In this document: positions 27,501 to 35,570 of the stretch, one piece after another
How positions within the stretch are numbered: the first letter of the stretch is position 1
Layout of the letters: each line of letters starts with the position of its first letter
Origin: Candidatus Ozemobacteraceae bacterium
GTDB lineage: Bacteria; Muiribacteriota; Ozemobacteria; Ozemobacterales; Ozemobacteraceae
DNA length: 64,000 nt
Direction of reading: 5' to 3'
Assembly: GCA_965140445.1 (NCBI GenBank)
Contig: OZ223236.1
Location: forward strand, 3,968,001-4,032,000
Program-made: the position numbers and the translations under genes
Notes under the pieces: generated by a model
What the model was told of the DNA's origin: nothing
Seen by the model: the letters and a program-made list of their open reading frames with translations, nothing else
Databases searched by the model: none

Positions 27501-29207
27501 ATTGAACTTCAAGAATTACTTGGCATGGTTCCTAACCACTTCCAGGGACTATACATGCTTGGTCACATCTTCCAGAAAAAGGGCTGGGCTGATGAAGCTA
27601 TTGAAAAATATGAGGCCGCATATGAGGTTGTTCCAACCGAATTAGAACCCGTCCTGCAATTAGGTATTCTCTATCATGAAAAAGGCGATCTGGATGCTGC
27701 CAAAACATGGTTCCAGCGTGTTCTTGACATCGATGCTGCAAATGCTACCGCCACAGATTTCTTTGCAAATCTTACCGCATCACAAAAGTCTCAGGAAATT
27801 GAAGATGCCATGGCAAAAGCACTTGAAGCTGAAAAAGAAGGCGATGTAGACACGGCAATCATGCACTATGACAGCATTATTGACCTTGACAACCATAACC
27901 TGCAGGCCAGATACAAGCTTGGAACACTTTACGAATCAAAGAATATGTTTGATGAAGCTGCTTTTGAATATGAACAGGCTCTCAGCCAGGATCAAAATGG
28001 CGTTCTTAAGGACATTCCTCTACGCTTGGGCGACCTTTATACAAGAAAGGGCAAAATCGTCGAAGCCGTAGAAGCCCTCATGATGGCTAAAAAATACTAT
28101 CCAACCAACATTGATCTGAGAATTCAGCTTATTACTCAGCTGAAATTCAAGGCTTTAAATGGATTCTGTTCTGATGAAGAGCTTGAAGAATTGAATCAAT
28201 CAATCAGAGAGTCACTCAAAGCTGGTGAAAACCCATGTGACTGGCTGGAACTTGGTCTGTTTGTTTCCAAAGGCCTCGACAATACAATTGATGAAGAAAA
28301 TGCTATCACCGAGTCTATCAAGTGTTTCCAGAAAGTTCTTGAACTTGAGCCGGGCAATCTTTTTGCGATGACAGAGCTGGCAAAGGTCTATCATAGACGT
28401 AATATGCTCCAGGAAGTTGAAGCAACATACAAAGGAATCCTCGAAAAAGAACCTGAAAATGTTTACGTCCATCAAAAATTGGCGGAAATATTCACATCTC
28501 AGGGAAGATTTGAAGAAGCCCTGTCAGAATACAGACAGCTTCTTGAACTTGATCCAGCATGTGGAGACTACCACATAAAGATAATCGACAACTACAAAGA
28601 AATGTATGGAAAGGCTGAAGATCGTGAAAGCCAGTACATCAATATTATCAAGGATCTCCAACATAAAGCAGAAATAAACCCCAAAGACCCAATGTGCAAC
28701 TTTGGGGCTGGTTATGCCTACATTACCCTTAGCAGTGGCTTCACTCCATCAGAGGAAGAACAACAGAAAGCTGTTTACTTCTTTAAAATGGCGAATGCCT
28801 GCGATCCTAACAATCTCTGGCCTTATTGGGGTCTTAAGATTGTTTACAGCAAACAGTCCATCAGTGGAAAACATATGTATGACGAAGCTATTGCCATATG
28901 TAAAAAAGCCCTCAAGGTTGATGAAAATTCTCCTAGAGCCCACTATGAACTGGGTGAAGCCTACAATGAGAACTACGACATCAACATGAAAAACGAAGCG
29001 ATGCAGGAATACCGCAAAGCTATTCAGCTTGATCCTAACTATGTTGAAGCTCATTTCAGATTGGCAAGCATCTACAGGGTTAAAAACATGTATGATCGTG
29101 CTACGGAAGAATACAACAAGGTTATCGAGCTGGATCCAACCGGACCACTGGCGAACGATGCCAAGCGCTCACTTGTCCATATTGAAAGATCTCGCGGCGA
29201 GGTTTAA
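24600..29207 (+). CDS. Very large tetratricopeptide repeat protein (1535 aa)
   Basis: TPR consensus throughout; GAGGAG RBS. Confidence 0.92.
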   Translation: MINRWEILLEKGQTYFELENYEKAEKTLQKVLKEKPDFVPAYKLLADCYDNLNNTDLAIQTFEKIIELSPGDASSLKSLGTLLISAGETDRAIEIYDQAIKLSPEGKDLQYDLGLLYLQRNAFEKAEKHLKKAIEIDPKFAKATVELARIKITQNDIQAAIDLYIHAIENDTENAILHAELGEAYELHGQYNDALMEYKKAEYLDPDNPQIHFKIGKDLESRGKLEEALEKYQAVKELDAENVELFYRCGKLYQRLGMEEEATREFEAITAIKPEWLEIRYELANLYGEKGEYDKQIKQFEAIAEHDTTSYEVMKSLAASYAANGELDKAIDHYNNALEANPDDYEIVEQQYQIVLAGGDPEKCIDSLEALSVSSPDDAELALILARVYAARGMVDEANAFYTRVLELEPDRSDIKGELRMIYRSKGLVNEEIDAINTLLETDNDNIELLHDLQELQIQAGKDRDAITTLNRLTNISPNSVYFKQLGNLYLKTGFFSEAVAALQNALQINPEDLSPHSILADLYKQKGMDEEAIQSYKYLLRDNPDNMKAHLDLGELYKKLGRTNDHVASLNQAINLGASDPRLFLELGSLQLQQNHVAEGMANLQKAKESANGDPAVTKQLIDIYLIRNHHQEAMDELENLRKQQPDNVDIYVKMSKIYQSQQMFNEALEILNQARMVDPQSFVITLETARLYMACQEFQQVIELLQDVRQNHPSNDDVTSIISEAYAKSGDHEMAIMELKQLIGRDPTNTDARIQLGRIYSITNMIDQATMTFKDIINDFPENPMAHVELGKIYLNMGKAYNDSNMINNGMNELTQAVGFDDQCVEAHYELGVAYKDLEKVEEALNEFNKLLLLDPLHAKAKEYQNELVGQKVSGQAEEGIKQARLFSERGMIKNAIMEYQNVIELQQDNQVAWYELGNIYLSQEQHQEALEALQKAKDINPDVPEVYISLAHTYLQVNQPDESSIELQELLGMVPNHFQGLYMLGHIFQKKGWADEAIEKYEAAYEVVPTELEPVLQLGILYHEKGDLDAAKTWFQRVLDIDAANATATDFFANLTASQKSQEIEDAMAKALEAEKEGDVDTAIMHYDSIIDLDNHNLQARYKLGTLYESKNMFDEAAFEYEQALSQDQNGVLKDIPLRLGDLYTRKGKIVEAVEALMMAKKYYPTNIDLRIQLITQLKFKALNGFCSDEELEELNQSIRESLKAGENPCDWLELGLFVSKGLDNTIDEENAITESIKCFQKVLELEPGNLFAMTELAKVYHRRNMLQEVEATYKGILEKEPENVYVHQKLAEIFTSQGRFEEALSEYRQLLELDPACGDYHIKIIDNYKEMYGKAEDRESQYINIIKDLQHKAEINPKDPMCNFGAGYAYITLSSGFTPSEEEQQKAVYFFKMANACDPNNLWPYWGLKIVYSKQSISGKHMYDEAIAICKKALKVDENSPRAHYELGEAYNENYDINMKNEAMQEYRKAIQLDPNYVEAHFRLASIYRVKNMYDRATEEYNKVIELDPTGPLANDAKRSLVHIERSRGEV

Positions 29208-29210
29208 GAC

Positions 29211-29258
29211 AAAAAAAAGCTCCCCCAATCTGGTTTTCAGATTGGGGGAGCTTTTTTT
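29211..29258. terminator. Bidirectional intrinsic terminator
   Basis: AAAAAAAAGCTCCCCCAATCTG-GTTTT-CAGATTGGGGGAGCTTTTTTT, a perfect stem between convergent genes. Confidence 0.9.
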
Positions 29259-30438
29259 ATCTTCCTTTGCAGATTTTACATATCTGCCTGAAAGGTCTGA
29301 CTAAATAGTAAAGCCAACTAAATTTTTCGCCAAAACTTACGAAATCAAAATCATTCTTTGATGGTGAAAAGACAGCTCCGAGAGCAAATTTAATACGGTT
29401 TGCCCAGCTATCCTGCATTCTGAGCAGATAAATAATCTCTTCACTTATGTTATGAGCACTGGGTAGAGTGGATAGATGGCGCTTTAAAATTTTTCTTGCG
29501 GCGCGGATTTCAGTTTCTTCTGGCATTAATCCTTCTGAAACAACAAAATCTTGGGAAAGTAATCCAGCTATTTTTACCAGGTGAATTCCAGACCTTACCA
29601 TTCTAAGGCAATTGGAGCTTTCAGCCACCTTCTTTACCAAAAGCCAGTCAATATTTCTTCTCTGGATAAGATTGGCAAAGTCCAATATCTGTCGCCAATC
29701 GTTCCAGATATGCTTAGTGCTGTGAGCCGCTATGGTTATAATCAAATCTTCATCTGAAAGAGTTAAAAAGCTATTTCCTGCAACTTCAACGGATTGGGCG
29801 CGCTTAAAGAGTTGCTCCAAAGAAGGCTCAACGGCAAAATAACCCGGAAAAAAACGCCAGTGAATCTCGGTTAAAATCTTCTTTTGTGGGTGGAAAAGCA
29901 TAAACTCACAATGGTATTTGCAATATTGCTTTTCCTGGGCATCATTGTGTTTATCAACCAATGTATAGCCCATCTTAATCAAAAGCTTGCGCAATTGCTT
30001 TGCAGTATCAAGCGTAGGACAAATAATATCAAGATCCTCAAACTTTCTGGCTCCCACATGGCTATAAAGATGGGCAGCTAGAACCGCACCTTTATAAAAC
30101 ATAAAATCCAGACCTGAGCTTTTTGCCTCTTTTTGAATGGATATCATTTCCGCAACAAACTTAAGATTTTTTAAAGTTTCATGCCTGCAAGCTTCAGATA
30201 ATGAACCGGTTATATCCTCTGGTAATGAATCGATTTCATTGGAAAGAGAATTTTTTAAATGCCAAAGAATTTTATGCCTGAAAGCCAGAGATAAAATATC
30301 CTGTCTGCCCTGTGAATCCATTTCGATAAATTCATTTATGGCATCATCTCTATTATCAGTTTTTAAAAGATCGGCCAAAACTTGAAAACTTGTGGCCGGT
30401 AATTTCTCGCTAATTTTTTTTCCCTCTTCCATTTTCAT
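29257..30438 (-). CDS. Nucleotidyltransferase family protein (NTP_transf_5-like, RiPP-associated type)
   Basis: FYKGAVLAAHLY..VGARKFEDLDI, EIHW, H.TKH.W...RQILD. Confidence 0.82.
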   Translation of the reverse strand: MKMEEGKKISEKLPATSFQVLADLLKTDNRDDAINEFIEMDSQGRQDILSLAFRHKILWHLKNSLSNEIDSLPEDITGSLSEACRHETLKNLKFVAEMISIQKEAKSSGLDFMFYKGAVLAAHLYSHVGARKFEDLDIICPTLDTAKQLRKLLIKMGYTLVDKHNDAQEKQYCKYHCEFMLFHPQKKILTEIHWRFFPGYFAVEPSLEQLFKRAQSVEVAGNSFLTLSDEDLIITIAAHSTKHIWNDWRQILDFANLIQRRNIDWLLVKKVAESSNCLRMVRSGIHLVKIAGLLSQDFVVSEGLMPEETEIRAARKILKRHLSTLPSAHNISEEIIYLLRMQDSWANRIKFALGAVFSPSKNDFDFVSFGEKFSWLYYLVRPFRQICKICKGR

Positions 30439-30517
30439 AACTCAGATTATCCTACAGGATAAAATTAATAGCAACAAACTACTTTTGAGTATGTTGAAGC
30501 TATGGTAAAAAGTAGGT

Positions 30518-32299
30518 ATGAAATCCAAACTCAATGAAAAGCACCACCCTCTTACTGAATTACCTAATGTTGGATTCAGAAAAATGTTTTCTGCTTTTCA
30601 AATTTTCTTTACTCCCAAGATCAAACTGCTTATTTTAGCTGGTTTCATAAACTCCCTTTTAATTGCAGTCATGGCGTCCTTCATTCCCATGGGAAGTAAG
30701 ATAGTCATTGATTTTATTATTGGGGGAAAGCTTAATCCAGCCAAACTACAGGAAATGGGCCTTTCAATTTCTCCTGGCCTGTCAGAATGGATAATATATT
30801 TGTTTTCAAGTGTAAATGGCTTCCTTTGCCTTATAGCGTGCTTCTCCATCTTCTTTGCACTGATTTCTCTGATACAGCAGATAACAATCTTCAATCTTAG
30901 ACAAGGTTTAACGGCAAGAGTTAATCAGGAACTATTTAAAAAGATCCTCGCTTTTCCTCTTTTGTCTCACATGGGAATTCCCGATGGCTACCTTGCCTCA
31001 AGAGTTTTTCAGGATTCAAATTCAATTGAGAGATTTGTTTCAAATACTATTCCAAGCCTGGCAACACAATTCTTGCGGTTATCATTTGGGCTGATAATCC
31101 TCAGCAAACTTAGTATGAAAATGACTCTGGTTTGCCTGGGAATAACCCCAGTCTACCTTTTGATAAATTTCTTTTTCTATAAACCAGTCAGACGGCAAAA
31201 CCAGAAAACCGCAGAAGCCCAATCCCTGAATTTTTCATATGTGCAGGGTAACCTTTCTGGGATAGAAACGATTAAAGCTTTTAATCAGGAACCATTAAAA
31301 TCCAGAGTCTTTTCAGAGAAGATAAAAGAGCTTATCAATATCAGAAAAAAATCTCTAATACTAAATATGAGTTCCCATTACTTAACCCGAATTGCCCAGA
31401 CAATATCAATGATCATTCTTTTGTGGGTCGGATTAACCAATATAAAAAATGCTGAGATGAGTCTTGGCGATCTAGCGGCATTTATGAGTTATATAGGCTA
31501 TCTTTCCGGACCGATAGAAGGAATTGCCTTCTTTTATCTTGGACTACAGCCGATTTTGGTAGCCTATAGAAGGATTTTCCAAATCCTGGATTTTGCAACG
31601 GAGCCAGATGGGTCAGTTGAATTTAAAGACAATGTGGAAAAAATTGAAATCTGCGATCTTTCGTTTTCCTTCAAAAATAATCAGATTTTTGATAGCTGGA
31701 GTTGCTTTTTTGAAAAAGGAAATCAATATTTTATTCCATGGATTAGCGGCAAGGGAAAAACCACCTTAGCCAGGCTACTTTGCAAATTTTCTTCACCTGA
31801 CTCAGGAAATATTTTATTTAACAGCGTCAATATTCAATCGCTTAAAACATCAAGTATCAGGCAAAAGATCGGTTACATGACCCAGGAAACACACCTCTTT
31901 TCAGGGACCATAAGGGATAATCTACTACTGGCAAATCCAGAAGCAACAGATGAAAGTCTTGAAAAAGCTCTTTGCATTGCAGAGGCCTGGGACTTTGTTC
32001 AAGCTCTTCCGGAAAAACTGGATTCCGAGCTGAATGATCGCGGAACAAACTTGTCGGCGGGCCAGCGCCAACGCTTATCGATTGCCCGAATAATTTTAAA
32101 ATCCCCGGATATTTTATTGCTGGATGAACCTTTTGCTAACCTGGACAACCATACTGCAGAAAAAGTATATCAAAACATGCAGAAATTCTTATCCACAAGA
32201 ATCACCCTGATTCTTTCCCATCAAAAAGAATTCTGCTCAGAATCTCAGCTGGAAAAAACAGTTGAGGTCCCACTACCAAATCAGGATTCAGGGGTGTAA
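30518..32299 (+). CDS. ABC exporter, fused permease and ATP-binding domain, without a C39 peptidase domain
   Basis: Six-TM N-terminal half; SGKGKTT, Q-loop MTQE, LSAGQRQRL, LLLDEP and SH. Confidence 0.9.
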   Translation: MKSKLNEKHHPLTELPNVGFRKMFSAFQIFFTPKIKLLILAGFINSLLIAVMASFIPMGSKIVIDFIIGGKLNPAKLQEMGLSISPGLSEWIIYLFSSVNGFLCLIACFSIFFALISLIQQITIFNLRQGLTARVNQELFKKILAFPLLSHMGIPDGYLASRVFQDSNSIERFVSNTIPSLATQFLRLSFGLIILSKLSMKMTLVCLGITPVYLLINFFFYKPVRRQNQKTAEAQSLNFSYVQGNLSGIETIKAFNQEPLKSRVFSEKIKELINIRKKSLILNMSSHYLTRIAQTISMIILLWVGLTNIKNAEMSLGDLAAFMSYIGYLSGPIEGIAFFYLGLQPILVAYRRIFQILDFATEPDGSVEFKDNVEKIEICDLSFSFKNNQIFDSWSCFFEKGNQYFIPWISGKGKTTLARLLCKFSSPDSGNILFNSVNIQSLKTSSIRQKIGYMTQETHLFSGTIRDNLLLANPEATDESLEKALCIAEAWDFVQALPEKLDSELNDRGTNLSAGQRQRLSIARIILKSPDILLLDEPFANLDNHTAEKVYQNMQKFLSTRITLILSHQKEFCSESQLEKTVEVPLPNQDSGV

Positions 32300-33258
32300 A
32301 TGCCGTCTTTTTTCATGTGGGAGAGTATGAGCCACTTCATATCATCAAGCGCATCACCTTGGCAGACTTCTGCCCTTCCATTCATAACTTGTTCAACTGC
32401 TTCCTGATCAATCTGATCTTTTTGGAAATGAATCTCGTATGCCGGTACATTTTCGAGCATTTGCTTAGCCAGCAGGGCGAAATCTTTCCGATGATTTTGG
32501 AATAAAGAGGTAATGTATACCTGATGAATCAAAAGTAAACGTTTCAGCCCTGAAACTCTCGACACTTTTCGGATACTAAATTCAGTGCTCTTAACCAAAA
32601 AGAAAATTGCCGCCGCCTGTCCATGGTTTTCTCCGTCTGACTCGCGGCCAAAACATGAAGAAACAAAAGATGGTTTCTCTCCGTAGTCCTTGTCTGCAGT
32701 GTAAAAAACGATATCATCAGAAAGCAAAAACTTATCTTTAAATAAACCGCTAATAGTGCTCTTTCCTGAATCGGAGAAACCCGTAAAAATTGCAGTTTTA
32801 TCGCCGAGCTTTATTCCTGAAGCATGCAAAAAAAGATTTCGATCAAAAACACATAGATTAAAAACCAGCTCAAGAATTTTGTTGCGCAAAAATCGCTCAC
32901 CAAATGCATGAGGAAAGTAAAAAAGGTAAGAATCCTCAATTCCCGAATAGGCAGAAAGACTGTAGGGACCAAAGGTCAACTCTTTATTATCATTATTTTG
33001 ATTTAAAAATTCTTTTACTTTGGGATGTTGGTTGATGGGCCAGAGGGATGGGTTGTTTGCTAAAGCATTAGCCTCAAAAGGAGCTTCTAAGCTTAGTGGT
33101 AAAATATTTAGTTTGGTTTTTGAAGGTGAAATGGGTAGAGAATTACTATTTGAAAAAAAATAATCTGGGAAAAATTCAGGGATTTTGCCTTGGCAAATAA
33201 CTTTTAAACAACGATTAAGGAAAATAGAATCGGGTCTAAAGTTTTGAGAACTAATCAA
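32281..33258 (-). CDS. HPr-kinase-like P-loop protein (SynChlorMet ScmC-like)
   Basis: LFLHASGI...AIFTGFSDSGKSTIS...LLSDD signature. Start is uncertain (TTG, no clear RBS). Confidence 0.75.
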   Translation of the reverse strand: MISSQNFRPDSIFLNRCLKVICQGKIPEFFPDYFFSNSNSLPISPSKTKLNILPLSLEAPFEANALANNPSLWPINQHPKVKEFLNQNNDNKELTFGPYSLSAYSGIEDSYLFYFPHAFGERFLRNKILELVFNLCVFDRNLFLHASGIKLGDKTAIFTGFSDSGKSTISGLFKDKFLLSDDIVFYTADKDYGEKPSFVSSCFGRESDGENHGQAAAIFFLVKSTEFSIRKVSRVSGLKRLLLIHQVYITSLFQNHRKDFALLAKQMLENVPAYEIHFQKDQIDQEAVEQVMNGRAEVCQGDALDDMKWLILSHMKKDGIYTPES

Positions 33259-33273
33259 TGCAAAAAATAACCC

Positions 33274-33576
33274 TTAGACGTTGCTGCCGCTGGAGCAGGA
33301 AGGTGGTGAGCCATAAACAGTAAAGCCATCGGCACAGCCATCAGTAAAAAACGCTGAACTTCCAGTGCTACAATTGGCAAGCAAAGCCAGCCCACCATTA
33401 GTACATGCTGTTATAGGACCTGTAGGAGTGAAGCCATTTAAGCATTCACCACTTGCAGAACCAACCGAGTATCCAGGGCCACAATTACCCTCTGTTTCAA
33501 AGCCTTGAGCTCGTTTTACGGGCATATTCATTGAAGATAACTTTGGCTTTTCATACTTTTGTTTTTTATTTTTCAT
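33274..33576 (-). CDS. RiPP precursor peptide with six CxxG motifs (ScmA-like)
   Basis: Leader with YEKPKL; Cys at residues 32, 45, 58, 69, 81 and 94, each CxxG; lies within an operon with an RRE and a radical SAM enzyme. Confidence 0.88.
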   Translation of the reverse strand: MKNKKQKYEKPKLSSMNMPVKRAQGFETEGNCGPGYSVGSASGECLNGFTPTGPITACTNGGLALLANCSTGSSAFFTDGCADGFTVYGSPPSCSSGSNV

Positions 33577-33859
33577 TAATTACTACCAGATTATTTGAAA
33601 CCAATTCTTTCAACAACTCTCCAACGTCAAATCTAACTCTTGCCAGATCTTCTATCTCAAACTCTTCACCCATTTTTTTGCATATTTCTTCAATAGACGT
33701 TTTACCGTCTAGGTGCTCAAAAACAAATGCGCCAGTGAGGTTTAAAATTTTCACCTCACCATTTTCTGGATTAAAAAGAAGTGCTCCGTCTTCTTCCTTC
33801 TCCATAACAATCTCAGGATTACCAAGATAAAATTCAGCTTTCATTATACTGTTTTCCAA
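33566..33859 (-). CDS. PqqD-family RiPP recognition element (ScmD-like)
   Basis: NPEIVMEKEEDGALLFNPENGEVKILNLTGAFVFEHLDGKTSIEEI...F...V.ELL.EL...NLV. Alternative start at 33844. Confidence 0.9.
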   Translation of the reverse strand: MENSIMKAEFYLGNPEIVMEKEEDGALLFNPENGEVKILNLTGAFVFEHLDGKTSIEEICKKMGEEFEIEDLARVRFDVGELLKELVSNNLVVINEK

Positions 33860-34490
33860 TTGATTCGGCTACATTAGTTCGAGAAAACCACGGATGCACC
33901 CACAATTCCATGTTTTTTTCAGAGTATTTTTTTATTGAGCAAACTTTTAAACTCTTCCAAAACAACATGTTACAGGTATTGCCTGAAGAATCGAAACTAA
34001 TAGTTTTTAAAGTCAAAAATGGTAACAAGGTGGGCATTAGGAGAGAGATGGTTTCTCTAAACAAAAGTCGACATTTGAATAAAACCCCAGCTGTCTTTAA
34101 TGCCAAAAGCTCTTCAATTATTGAAATTCCCCTACTATACTTTCCATAAACGATTCCAGTCACCTTACCTTCAATACAGGAAAAGTCAAAAACGCCATCG
34201 GCAAACCTCTGATTGTCTCCCTGAATTAGAAAAAGCTTCTGCCCTGATTTTTCAAATACGCTTTTTATTCTATGAACACGAGAATGCAAATTGGGACCAG
34301 GCTTAAACGCGACAATTGCACCTGGATAAAGCTCATCAATTTGAGCTTTAGAAATAACAACTCTTTGTCCAGGCTTCAGAAACGGCTTCATGCTTCCGCC
34401 CATAACAATGGCAACAGAAGATTCTGCAGATGCAATTTCAAGCTCTGAGCAATTTTGTTTTGTCAATTTTTTATTAGATATTTGCTTCAT
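33834..34490 (-). CDS. S24/S26-family peptidase without a membrane anchor
   Basis: GGSMKPFL (catalytic Ser), G.IVAF, VHR and QGDN...D. Confidence 0.8.
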   Translation of the reverse strand: MKQISNKKLTKQNCSELEIASAESSVAIVMGGSMKPFLKPGQRVVISKAQIDELYPGAIVAFKPGPNLHSRVHRIKSVFEKSGQKLFLIQGDNQRFADGVFDFSCIEGKVTGIVYGKYSRGISIIEELLALKTAGVLFKCRLLFRETISLLMPTLLPFLTLKTISFDSSGNTCNMLFWKSLKVCSIKKYSEKNMELWVHPWFSRTNVAESIGKQYNES

Positions 34491-35570
34491 TTATTCTTTA
34501 ACTTCTTTGAGTAAACGGCTTTCGGGGAAAACGCCTAATCTCCTGGCTTCTTCGCAGAAGGGAAAGCCATTTAGCAAATCGCCCGTTTTTGAGTAGGTTT
34601 GTGCAACACATTTACCCAAGCAATGTGCCTTCATTTTACATAATCGGCAGATCCCGCCCAAATTATTTGGAAAATCTGCCCTAAGCCGATTAAGCATTGG
34701 GTTTTCATTCCAGATTTTGTCAATACCAACCTCTAATGGGAATCCAAAATTTAGTTCGCTAACACGCTCTCCAATACCACAAAGTCCAGCACTTCCATCA
34801 TGGAGAATTCCTAAAATGGTCATAATTCCACAAATTCCATATTTAGCATTAGAAAGCTCTTTTAAGCTTAAAAAAGCTGGTGGCAAATCAAAAAAGATTT
34901 TTATGGGACTTTTATCTCTGATTTCTTTAAACTCAGTTTGATAAAAACTGATAATCTCTTCAATTGTTAAAAGCTCACCACCCTCCTGCATATCATTTGA
35001 TCTACCCAACCCGCTAATAATGTTAACCTTTAAACTTGTTGCGCCAAAGCTTTGTGCCAAAGTGGGCATTTTATAAAGAGTTTTGTAATTTCCACGATGA
35101 AGACAACAAATAACCTGAAATCCAATACCCGAATCTTTTAACAGCTTCATTCCAGCAAGAGCGCGTTCCCATGAGCCTGCAACACCTCTTAAAGATTCGT
35201 GAGATTCTTTGTCATATCCATCCAGAGAAACAGAAATAAAACCTCTCGCCCTCTTAAAAGCATTAACTATTTCTTTGCTTAAAAGCGTGGCGTTAGTTTC
35301 CATACTTACACCAAGTTGCATATTGGTAAGATCTGAAATGATTTCTGTAATATCAGGATGAAGAGTTGGTTCACCACCAGTTAATTTTACACCGGCCAAT
35401 CCTAGTTCTTTTGCGCTTTCAAAAATAGGACGCAATTTCTTCCAGGGAGTTGTCTTGGGAGTTCGGTCAATGTGCGGAGGTTCAATCCAGCAGTGTCTGC
35501 ATTTTAAATTACAATCACCACTGGCATAAAAATATATAGATTTAAGGGGAGGGATTCCGTTCGCCAACAC
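34491..35570 (-). CDS. Radical SAM/SPASM peptide maturase (SynChlorMet ScmF-like)
   Basis: IYFYASGDCNLKCRHCWIEP, LTGGEP, SVSLDG; SPASM Cys pattern CGI...LCGIG...CRLCKMKAHCLGKC...FC. Confidence 0.88.
   Translation of the reverse strand: MLANGIPPLKSIYFYASGDCNLKCRHCWIEPPHIDRTPKTTPWKKLRPIFESAKELGLAGVKLTGGEPTLHPDITEIISDLTNMQLGVSMETNATLLSKEIVNAFKRARGFISVSLDGYDKESHESLRGVAGSWERALAGMKLLKDSGIGFQVICCLHRGNYKTLYKMPTLAQSFGATSLKVNIISGLGRSNDMQEGGELLTIEEIISFYQTEFKEIRDKSPIKIFFDLPPAFLSLKELSNAKYGICGIMTILGILHDGSAGLCGIGERVSELNFGFPLEVGIDKIWNENPMLNRLRADFPNNLGGICRLCKMKAHCLGKCVAQTYSKTGDLLNGFPFCEEARRLGVFPESRLLKEVKE

Noticed and set aside
19682..29207. Numerous antisense and alternate-frame ORFs over the TPR genes and other long CDSs
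   Set aside because: They are shadow ORFs of strongly coding sequence, with no RBS or motifs.
32189..32197. Perfect DnaA box TTATCCACA
   Set aside because: Single copy inside the ABC transporter CDS, with no cluster of boxes or origin-associated genes.
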